This document shows, piece by piece, positions 38,441 to 46,602 of a stretch of 64,000 bases of DNA. A model generated the notes under the pieces. It was not told the origin of the DNA. It worked only from the letters and a program-made list of their open reading frames with translations, and searched no databases. Source of the stretch: a virus (lineage: Duplodnaviria > Caudoviricetes); IMG/VR virus record IMGVR_UViG_3300043409_003117, positions 947 through 64,946 of that record. One strand, 5' to 3'. Made by a program: the position numbers and the translations under genes. Every line of letters starts with the position of its first letter. The first letter of the stretch is position 1.

Positions 38441-41400
38441 ATGGCACAGAAATTAAATTTGAATAATTATAAAGCTAGTGGTGTTTACACAGTTGAGATT
38501 GATGAAAGCTCAAATCTTAGCTTACCTTTATCTACTGGTAAATTAGTAATAGGTTCAAGTAAAAAAGGACCAATTAACTCAGTTGTATTGGTTAATGATA
38601 CTCGTACGTTAACTGCAGTATATGGAGAAATTGATAATAAATTAGAAAAAAACGGTAGTTTCTTTCATAGAACAATTGATGTTGCTCTAAGACAAGGACC
38701 GGTATATGCATTAAATGTATTACCAGTTAGTGCAACAGATAAAGCCTTTTTTAGAACATTTAATACTGAATCTGCTTCAAATAACTCAACTTTTAGTGAA
38801 AGTTCAAATGACAGTTCAATGTCAAATTTTTATAATAGTCAAAAATTATGGTTTGCAGACACAGATGCTGTTAATAAGTATAAAAATATTGAGTTAGGTG
38901 ATGATTATATTGCTAGTCCAACTACATATGGTGTAGCTGATCGCGATGCAAATAAAATTTTAACAATGGTAAATCTTTCAAAGAAAGATATTACAACATG
39001 GATTAGAATTGCAGACACTACAGGTTATGATATATCAGTTAAAGATTATTATAAATTATTAGGAGATACTGCTGAAGTTCCAGAATTTTTAAGCCCTGAC
39101 GATATTATTGCTGACTTTTTCGTTGAAATAATTGTAGTTGAAGGAGACTGGACTGATAATTTAAAATTAGCAAATGACCCAGTTTATAGTCAATATTTTA
39201 CAACAACTGGTATAATTGATGCTAAAATTGGAGATTTTGTTTCAATTAAAGAGGTTACACTGGTTGCAAAAGTTCAAGGAAGTATAATTCCTGAATTTAA
39301 AGACCTAACCGGCACAACGGTTTCTATTGATGCACTATTTAATCGTAGATTTGCTCAAAGTGGAATATATTGTGCAATTGACTATAAGAAAATTGATTTA
39401 ATGGATTTAACCAATGGTAGTTTTTCAAGCGGTTCAAGCACTGAGCCAATTGCAGAACAGCGCCTTGACTTAATTGGAGCTGGTGTTGATGAATTAAATT
39501 CAGGTACAACTGATTTAGATACAATTAATGAAACTAATTTATATACAGTAGATGACGATACTAATGTTCATCAAGCTGTAAATTTAATTGATGTCTTAAG
39601 TTATAAAAAACCAGTATCATCAGAGTTTTATTTTGAATTAGAGAGTATTACTGCAACTGCAGCAACTACCTATGCACAAGGTGACATTTATATTTTTGTA
39701 ACTGATACAGATACAATTATTGCAACTGAAGGAAGTAAGTTGTATAATGCATGGGCAAATGGTTTTGTTAAAAATGGAGACTATTTAAAATATAGTTCAA
39801 CTATTCTATATTTAGCAACTACTGGAGAAATTAAAACTAAAAATTCAGTTAACTATATTGTATTTGAAACATACAGTGATTTAACTAGAACAGTTCAGGT
39901 TAATGCAGAAGAAACCATGGTAAATGGAGTTAATTTCTTATGGATTCAACAAGCAGCGGACGAAGATTTTTTAATGGATTTTGACCTAACTGACACTGAC
40001 TATTTCGTTTCATATTCGTATTTAGCTCCAAATAAATTAATTTTTACAGTTGATCCTACCCTTTATGGTAACACAGCAAAAGGTGAATCTGCTACAGCAA
40101 ATCAAGCACTAGGAATACAATATAATGCAACTAAAAGAGTACTAGTTGATTCATATATGAAAGTTGGTCAATATATCAAAGCTAAAATTAAAACTGATGC
40201 AAATGGAGATCCTCTTTCTAGAAATAGAATGTTACAGATTAAATCAGTATACGCGCAAAAGGTATTAGATATAACTGGCGGACCATCAAATGTACCAGGT
40301 TTAATAAGTTTAAAGTATACAATTACTTTATCTTCACCAAGTGATCCAAATATATTAGGTATTAATTTTGAAAGTGATACAACAATTAGAGCATACAAAG
40401 GAATAAAGAAATATATTACAAGTTTAGCAGGTGCAAAAATACCTGCAATGAATTTATCAGAAGTTGATCTTTATCCAAATGGAACAGCTGCTCGTCAAAA
40501 TGATATTTTAGATTTCTTATTTGATAGTAGTAATTTAGCAACTACTCTTGCTGATAATGAGACTGTTGATTTTCGCTATATTATTGACTCTTTTGAAGGT
40601 CAAATCCAGTCTGGTTCAAAACAGCAATTGGCACAGTTAGCTGCCGATCATGGAAAAGCACTAGCAATTTGTAATGCACCTTCATTTGCACAATATGAAA
40701 GATCAGTAGATCCTAGCTTTATTGATTTTACAACTAGACTAGTTTCAACTGAAGCAATTTCAACCGGCGGAGACCTAACATCAAATCCGTCATTTACATT
40801 TGGATTTGCCACTGGAGATAAAGGCGGTATTGCAGTTTCTACCTATTCTGCCTATTTTATGCCAAATGTAGTTATTTTTGAAAATGGTAAGAATAAATCT
40901 ATTCCACCAGCAATGTATGTTGCAAATACCTTTATGAGAAAATATACAAGCGGTAATACATTCTCAATTGTAGCAGGTAAAAATGGTATTTTAGCTGAAC
41001 CAGAAATTAGTGGATTAGAATATGACTTAACTAATGATGATCGTGCCTATTTAGAGCCAGCCGGATTTAACTTAATTGTTAGACGTAGAGGTTTTGGAAT
41101 AATGATATTCTCTAATAATACAGGTTTTCAAAGAGTAAGAAGTGCCTTAAATAATATACATGTTAGAGAAGCCTTAGTTACAATTGAAAGAGACGTTGAG
41201 AGAATTTTACTTAATTTCTTATTTGAATTTAATGATGCAACTACCAGAATGAGAGTTAAAACCTTAGTTAAAAACTACCTATCTGCCGTTCAAGAAGCTA
41301 GAGGTATTGCATCTGCTGAAGTTATATTTGATGATTCAAATAATGGAGTTGAAGTTCTTGAAAATAATGCTGGAATAATTGATATTATTGTAGATTTCCC

Positions 41401-41494
41401 AAGAGGAATACACAAATTTATCAACCGTATTACAATCACAAGAGCTGGAGGTCAATTAGCTTCAAGTTCTTCAGGATTTACACCTTCATTCTAA
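38441..41494 (+). CDS. gp18: tail sheath protein (gp18-like, enlarged)
   Basis: ASGVYTVEIDES...KKGPIN N-terminus; IPPA, NIHVRE, FLFEFNDATTR, FDDSNN C-terminus; 1017 aa. Confidence 0.93.
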   Translation: MAQKLNLNNYKASGVYTVEIDESSNLSLPLSTGKLVIGSSKKGPINSVVLVNDTRTLTAVYGEIDNKLEKNGSFFHRTIDVALRQGPVYALNVLPVSATDKAFFRTFNTESASNNSTFSESSNDSSMSNFYNSQKLWFADTDAVNKYKNIELGDDYIASPTTYGVADRDANKILTMVNLSKKDITTWIRIADTTGYDISVKDYYKLLGDTAEVPEFLSPDDIIADFFVEIIVVEGDWTDNLKLANDPVYSQYFTTTGIIDAKIGDFVSIKEVTLVAKVQGSIIPEFKDLTGTTVSIDALFNRRFAQSGIYCAIDYKKIDLMDLTNGSFSSGSSTEPIAEQRLDLIGAGVDELNSGTTDLDTINETNLYTVDDDTNVHQAVNLIDVLSYKKPVSSEFYFELESITATAATTYAQGDIYIFVTDTDTIIATEGSKLYNAWANGFVKNGDYLKYSSTILYLATTGEIKTKNSVNYIVFETYSDLTRTVQVNAEETMVNGVNFLWIQQAADEDFLMDFDLTDTDYFVSYSYLAPNKLIFTVDPTLYGNTAKGESATANQALGIQYNATKRVLVDSYMKVGQYIKAKIKTDANGDPLSRNRMLQIKSVYAQKVLDITGGPSNVPGLISLKYTITLSSPSDPNILGINFESDTTIRAYKGIKKYITSLAGAKIPAMNLSEVDLYPNGTAARQNDILDFLFDSSNLATTLADNETVDFRYIIDSFEGQIQSGSKQQLAQLAADHGKALAICNAPSFAQYERSVDPSFIDFTTRLVSTEAISTGGDLTSNPSFTFGFATGDKGGIAVSTYSAYFMPNVVIFENGKNKSIPPAMYVANTFMRKYTSGNTFSIVAGKNGILAEPEISGLEYDLTNDDRAYLEPAGFNLIVRRRGFGIMIFSNNTGFQRVRSALNNIHVREALVTIERDVERILLNFLFEFNDATTRMRVKTLVKNYLSAVQEARGIASAEVIFDDSNNGVEVLENNAGIIDIIVDFPRGIHKFINRITITRAGGQLASSSSGFTPSF

Positions 41495-41515
41495 TTAATA
41501 AAGTTTAATACAAAT

Positions 41516-41547
41516 AAAAAAGGACCTCAATTTGAAGTCCTTTTTTT
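41516..41547. terminator. bidirectional intrinsic terminator
   Basis: AAAAAAGGAC...GTCCTTTTTTT between convergent genes. Confidence 0.85.
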
Positions 41548-41637
41548 GTTTAGGTCAAGCCAGTTAAGCCGTATCCACCAATCGGTTTAGAGGTCCGATA
41601 ACCTTATTTAAAATAATAACCAAGCCGGCAGGTTAAT

Positions 41638-41925
41638 TTAATCTTTAATTAATTGTTTTTTTGCTTCGCACTTATCAATACGTGAATCAACGTAAGAGTG
41701 AAGCTGATCTATTCTTTGACCTGTTTGCTTATGCAAGTCATCGACTAAACAATGTGTATCTTGGAAGTTTTTATCCAATCTATTTTCTGCATGGTGCATG
41801 TGATCTTTTATACTTTGTATTTGGTTTTGCTGTTTTAATACCTTCACAATACCCATAACAATAACTGTTAACATAATAACAGCTACTACAGAGAGTACTC
41901 CAAAAGTAAACGATAGTGTTTCCAT
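41638..41925 (-). CDS. small membrane-anchored coiled-coil protein
   Basis: N-terminal TM helix (FGVLSVVAVIMLTVIVMGIV) followed by coiled coil ending YVDSRIDK. Confidence 0.7.
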   Translation of the reverse strand: METLSFTFGVLSVVAVIMLTVIVMGIVKVLKQQNQIQSIKDHMHHAENRLDKNFQDTHCLVDDLHKQTGQRIDQLHSYVDSRIDKCEAKKQLIKD

Positions 41926-41965
41926 ATGTTTATTTTGTTTTTTTAGTTGCCGGCAAGGCTACTAT

Positions 41966-42556
41966 TTAATCTTTTAAATTGGTAAAGATCTCTTCCAATA
42001 CTCTAATTGTATCAGTTGAGTCATTATGAAAAACCGAGGTTCCACCAGCTGCGGCCCAATCCTCTAATTTTTTATGATTATCATCAATTAATATATCATT
42101 AGCTGACTTTGCAAATAGATATTTGTCTTTTGCAATAATAAGATGAGATTCATCAGTTAACCCGTCAGGTTTTAATACGGGCTTTTCGTTAATATTTAAA
42201 TTACGTTTTACCCATTCAGTTTTACCAGAGACTGAATGTTCTCCACGGCTTGGTGAAGTTAAAATAGTTGGATTATATCGGCTAAGATAGTCCCATAATT
42301 CGCGGCCGTCTTTTGTCCATGGCAGTTTTTCCCAAAATGCGGATCCACGATCATCAATTAGTTTCCAAATTGAGTTTTTTCCGTGTTTTTTATCGTATTC
42401 GTTAGGAGTCAAATGATCTGGATTTGACTTAAGTCGCTTAAAACCCCGTTTAAAGTCTACTAAAACTCCATCAAGGTCACAAAATATGCGCTTAGTGGCT
42501 ATTTTTTCCTCGGTTATGAACTGTTTAAATTTTTTAAGCATGGTCGCTGATTTCAA
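41966..42556 (-). CDS. HAD-family 5'(3')-deoxyribonucleotidase (NT5C-like)
   Basis: IFCDLDGVLVDF, ILTSP, K..W, ILIDD...W; likely start is the ATG at 42541. Confidence 0.85.
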   Translation of the reverse strand: MKSATMLKKFKQFITEEKIATKRIFCDLDGVLVDFKRGFKRLKSNPDHLTPNEYDKKHGKNSIWKLIDDRGSAFWEKLPWTKDGRELWDYLSRYNPTILTSPSRGEHSVSGKTEWVKRNLNINEKPVLKPDGLTDESHLIIAKDKYLFAKSANDILIDDNHKKLEDWAAAGGTSVFHNDSTDTIRVLEEIFTNLKD

Positions 42557-42866
42557 ATGTTGTGTCTATATCTTTATTTAACACCGCAACTAGATCATTT
42601 GCCATAACTACATGAAAATCTTCACCGGCCCATTTAACATTTAGGCCAGAGTATCTTTGGTATAGGACATAATCACCTTCTTGTATCGGACACTCAGAAT
42701 TTTTTGAAACCATATGGCCTACTGCAATAACAGTACCGGTATTTGGACGTTTTCGAGCCTCAACTGGTAAAATAATACCAGTCTCTGTCTTTTTTTCAAC
42801 TGAATCTGGCTTAATTAGAATTCTTTCAAACAATGGCTTAAAGCCGGTTTTTGCATCTGTACTCAT
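42534..42866 (-). CDS. groS: co-chaperonin GroES
   Basis: KPLFERILIKP...KTETGIILP...GTVIAVG...GDYVLY..YSG. Confidence 0.95.
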   Translation of the reverse strand: MSTDAKTGFKPLFERILIKPDSVEKKTETGIILPVEARKRPNTGTVIAVGHMVSKNSECPIQEGDYVLYQRYSGLNVKWAGEDFHVVMANDLVAVLNKDIDTTFEISDHA

Positions 42867-43975
42867 TAGTTTTTATAATTTTTTTTAAATTTAAAATAGT
42901 TAAATCGCTTTCTATCATTTAATTTAACTGAATTTGCAATAGCCTCGGTTATCTCGGTTGGAAACATTGCAGTATTTAATCTGATAATAGATCGATTACG
43001 TAATAGGTTATTCTGGATCGCTAGAGTTTCGCTAGGCTCATCTATTTTTAAGACTTCACATGTAATATTATTAAGAGTAGGCATAAACGCTGAGTCACCC
43101 GAATCAATTAGACTCTTAATTGTAGTCCAGTCAAATGATTCCTTAACCAGTTCAATTACTCTAGCTGTTTTGGCTGGAGTTAATTTTGGATGAACTCTTG
43201 GAATATTATCAGATTTGTCACCAGATAAAACTTTTGTTAAAATATCAAGAGCTGGATCAATTATAAAGTGTTTATAGTCTTTTTTAGTAAGATTCTCTAA
43301 TACATTTACCACAGTTGAATTATCTAATGAATCTATTTCAAAATTAAATAGGTCTACATCAGTATTTACAGAATCATTTATATCTGCAGTTGTATAGATT
43401 TTCTTAAATTTAGTCATCATTTTTGGCATTATCATAATTACTTTACGAGATCCACCTTCTAATAATTGAGTTAAGTCCGTATCAACTGACCAAATACAGA
43501 TATCTTCATTTAAATTTTCGCAAATGTATGCAATTAGGTCATCACCTTCAGCTCCAGTAACCCGATTAGATAGTATTCCATACTCTTCAGTTAGAGTAGG
43601 TAAAACTTCAGTTTGAAAATAGTCAAAAAATAGATAAATTTTGTCATCATATTTGCGGTTACCTTTATATGAAAAGTCTCCAGCTCCATGATCTTCAAAC
43701 TGCTCTTTTATAAATTTCTTTCTCCAGCTCTTTGAGTCAAATACAAAAAATACTGAAGAGATATTTTCTTTAAAAGGAGCAAAGATACTACCTAAATAAT
43801 TTAATGAAAATGATTTAAATGCATCTTTGCTAGCCTGTTTTAACATAAATTTATCAGTTGACCATAAATCTGAAACATAATATTTTTCGCCAATGCTTTT
43901 ATTTGTAGATAGAATATTTTTTACAATACTTACTGCCACATTCAAAAATGCATTACCGTCTATTACTATGTTCAT
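42866..43975 (-). CDS. rnh: 5'-3' exonuclease / T4 RNase H-like
   Basis: IDGN, FDSKSWRK, YKGNR, EGDDLI, SVDTDLTQL, GDKSDNIP. Confidence 0.92.
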   Translation of the reverse strand: MNIVIDGNAFLNVAVSIVKNILSTNKSIGEKYYVSDLWSTDKFMLKQASKDAFKSFSLNYLGSIFAPFKENISSVFFVFDSKSWRKKFIKEQFEDHGAGDFSYKGNRKYDDKIYLFFDYFQTEVLPTLTEEYGILSNRVTGAEGDDLIAYICENLNEDICIWSVDTDLTQLLEGGSRKVIMIMPKMMTKFKKIYTTADINDSVNTDVDLFNFEIDSLDNSTVVNVLENLTKKDYKHFIIDPALDILTKVLSGDKSDNIPRVHPKLTPAKTARVIELVKESFDWTTIKSLIDSGDSAFMPTLNNITCEVLKIDEPSETLAIQNNLLRNRSIIRLNTAMFPTEITEAIANSVKLNDRKRFNYFKFKKNYKN

Positions 43976-43978
43976 AAT

Positions 43979-44299
43979 TTAGTTTTTATCAATTGAATTA
44001 ACTTCTGGTTTTACACTTAATTTAGTAATTGATTTAGCAATTAATTCAGCTTCATCAATTGTATATGCTCCTTTTCCTTGAGCATGAGTTGCGGCTGCAA
44101 TTAAAACAATTACAGCGTGTTCAAGAGTTAAATTGTTTAAAAACTTATTGTAATCTTCTAGATTTTCATAGCTAATGCTTGATAGCAAAGTAGCTAATGG
44201 CTTCTTAGGATTATCTTCAGAATTTTCAGTTTCAGTCGTGATTTCTTCAACTTCAGGTTTAGCTGGAGCAGCGGTTGTCATGTATGTAGAGTCTTTCAT
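43979..44299 (-). CDS. hypothetical protein
   Basis: 106-aa ORF between gp32 and RNase H. Confidence 0.65.
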   Translation of the reverse strand: MKDSTYMTTAAPAKPEVEEITTETENSEDNPKKPLATLLSSISYENLEDYNKFLNNLTLEHAVIVLIAAATHAQGKGAYTIDEAELIAKSITKLSVKPEVNSIDKN

Positions 44300-44313
44300 T
44301 TTAATATAATTTT

Positions 44314-45357
44314 TTAAAGATCATTAAATATTGAATCTAATTCATCAACTTCAGGTTTAGCTGGAGCCGAGGTTGGTTTAGATGAGGTAGAGCCTAACAT
44401 ATTAGAGTCAATATCAATTGAGATAGAGGTACCCTTTGTTTGAGGAGCTGCTGGTGTAAATTCTAATGATTCTCCAGCTGGAGCAACCGTTCTTGAAATT
44501 GATTTTGTATTTGTAAAATGTTTCTTCATACGTTCATCCTTTAATCCACCTACTAAATTATCAATAATTTGTTTATATGGAACAATTGCTTTGATATATT
44601 CTGCAACTTTTTCATATTCATAATCAGTCCAATCTTTATAGAAATATTGAGTTAAGTCAGGCGAATTTTCTTTAAAGTATTTAGAGACAAATTGCATTAC
44701 CTTTGGATCATTAGAGGTTGGAATTTCCTTGCCTTGAGTTGTAATAATTAATGGGCTAACTTCGCTCATAAATTTACTTGAACTAAAATCTCTCCATGCT
44801 TTGGTTTTACGTTTAATAACTAGCACAAAATCTTTTCCAGCAGTTAATGAAAATGGATTAACTTTTTGAATAGTCATTAACTCAGATTCTGGATTAATTT
44901 CTTGTTGAATTAAATTATCAATAGTATATCCATATGAATATATTTTAATTTTACCTTCCATGTTTGGATATTGTGGATCCTTTTTAATGTAAATGCATGA
45001 ATAGAAATTATAGTATCGGTTATAATACTTTTTAATTTCTTCTACGATTGAAGGCTCATCTGTTGCTAATTTCTTTAATTCCATATCAAGAGACCATAAG
45101 ATTGATGGACTTCCATTCGTAGAAGGACAATCAACAAGTAGGCGCTCATTGGTTAAAGGGTTAATTAATTTAGCAGCATACTTTTTGTATTTGCTCTTTG
45201 ATGGATCTCCAACCCAAGGAATAAATCGAATAATCGATTTGTAAATTCCATTCTGTCCTTGATCTGGACCTGGATTGTAAATGTTGTCATCGGTTTTGCG
45301 TTGACTTGCGGCCTTGCCGGTAAAGTCGTCTGTGTTTAGATTGAATAGATCTTCCAT
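44314..45357 (-). CDS. gp32: single-stranded DNA-binding protein gp32
   Basis: IIRFIP, DCPST, IYIKKDPQYPNMEGKIKIY, NPFSLTAGKDF, acidic tail LDSIFNDL. Confidence 0.88.
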   Translation of the reverse strand: MEDLFNLNTDDFTGKAASQRKTDDNIYNPGPDQGQNGIYKSIIRFIPWVGDPSKSKYKKYAAKLINPLTNERLLVDCPSTNGSPSILWSLDMELKKLATDEPSIVEEIKKYYNRYYNFYSCIYIKKDPQYPNMEGKIKIYSYGYTIDNLIQQEINPESELMTIQKVNPFSLTAGKDFVLVIKRKTKAWRDFSSSKFMSEVSPLIITTQGKEIPTSNDPKVMQFVSKYFKENSPDLTQYFYKDWTDYEYEKVAEYIKAIVPYKQIIDNLVGGLKDERMKKHFTNTKSISRTVAPAGESLEFTPAAPQTKGTSISIDIDSNMLGSTSSKPTSAPAKPEVDELDSIFNDL

Positions 45358-45424
45358 TTTTCTTTTTATTGATTTTTATATTACTTATATAAATTATACT
45401 ATATAATTTAATTCTGGTTTCAAT

Positions 45425-45454
45425 AAAAAAGGGCATAGTGATTAGCTTGCCCTT
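45425..45454 (-). terminator. intrinsic terminator after Hc1-like gene
   Basis: - strand AAGGGCA...TGCCC followed by T6. Confidence 0.75.
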
Positions 45455-45476
45455 AATTTAATAATAAGTAATTAGA

Positions 45477-45668
45477 TTATGCCTTAGGAGCAGTAGTCTT
45501 TGTTGCTTGAATGTGGGTACGACCTTCTTGACATGAAGCTTTAATTTCTTGTAAAAGGGCACGAGAACGAGTTCCAGCTGTTTTATTACCTTTTTCGTAA
45601 AATTTAGTAGTTTCAGTTTCTAATTGACTGATTGAGTTTTTAAGGGTTTCTAACCATGTTGGTGTCAT
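45477..45668 (-). CDS. histone H1-like protein Hc1 (Bacteroidota type)
   Basis: KFYEKGNKTAGTRSR..LQEIK...QEGR is the Hc1-family motif. Confidence 0.8.
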   Translation of the reverse strand: MTPTWLETLKNSISQLETETTKFYEKGNKTAGTRSRALLQEIKASCQEGRTHIQATKTTAPKA

Positions 45669-45762
45669 ATTAATATAGTATTTTTAGAGTATTATATTAA
45701 GAAATATCACCCGGTTTTAAGTATATTAAAAAACATCACTAATTTTAACCTTTAGCTAGTGA

Positions 45763-46314
45763 TTACTTTGATCTTAAAAATACTACTTCTAAATTGTCAC
45801 TAGTTGGATTATTAAAATTGTCATCTGAATCAAATGTAACATCAACGGTACCTTTATCTACTCCAAGTAAACCATCCTTTACTTCTTCTTTAAACTCCGA
45901 GTAAATATTTGCAGGAAAGTCTCTTCTTCCAGCAAGGGCAGCCATTACTAAATCTTTATCTGATTCCATTTTATGAACCTCTAACCATTTAGTAAGAGCC
46001 TCTGGCTCTATTTCATATTGAGTAAATCGCTTAACTCCACCTTGGCCATCATGTGAACCAAACCATTTTTTATTCTCTGCATCCTGAATAAAAATAATTT
46101 TTGGAGAAGTAGTAGCCGCTGGCGTAACCGGCGCAGCATTTGGATCAGGCGGAAGACCAGCTCCCATATCTGGAGCAGGAGGCATTCCCATATCTGGTGC
46201 AGGAGGAGGTGGCGGTATTTCAGCTTCTGGTGCAGGAGGTGGTATTGCAGCAGCAGCAGCAGGTTCATCCTCTAATAATAAATTCTTAAATTCTTTAAAT
46301 TCTAATATTCTCAT
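45763..46314 (-). CDS. Pro-rich hypothetical protein, putative head-internal protein
   Basis: MRILEFKEFKNLLLE leader, PPAPDMG repeats; TATAAATA upstream at 46340-46347 on the - strand. Confidence 0.65.
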   Translation of the reverse strand: MRILEFKEFKNLLLEDEPAAAAAIPPPAPEAEIPPPPPAPDMGMPPAPDMGAGLPPDPNAAPVTPAATTSPKIIFIQDAENKKWFGSHDGQGGVKRFTQYEIEPEALTKWLEVHKMESDKDLVMAALAGRRDFPANIYSEFKEEVKDGLLGVDKGTVDVTFDSDDNFNNPTSDNLEVVFLRSK

Positions 46315-46348
46315 AGGTATTAATTATATTTTACTAGTTTATTTATAC

Positions 46349-46375
46349 AAAAAAAGCGGGAAATTAATTTCCCGC
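46349..46375 (-). terminator. intrinsic terminator after nrdJ operon
   Basis: Perfect palindrome GCGGGAAATTAATTTCCCGC (46356-46375) followed by T7 on the - strand. Confidence 0.85.
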
Positions 46376-46395
46376 CTAAATTAAGTTATAGATTA

Positions 46396-46602
46396 TTAAA
46401 GTCGTACAGTTGAACCGGCTTGATGGATTGGATCATATGGGCAGTGTTTACAACCATTTCCACAACATGAACCTCGCTTTGTATGATAGTGTTTAGTCAT
46501 TATTAGATTACCGCTTTTGTAATAATAGTCGGCATTTTTATAACTACTAATATATTCAACATATAACTGATAAATCCAGTCATATTTAGCTGGAATTATC
46601 AT
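46396..46602 (-). CDS. DUF5522-like small Cys-rich protein
   Basis: DYY...G.LIMT..YH.KRG.CCGNGCKHCPY. Confidence 0.75.
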   Translation of the reverse strand: MIIPAKYDWIYQLYVEYISSYKNADYYYKSGNLIMTKHYHTKRGSCCGNGCKHCPYDPIHQAGSTVRL

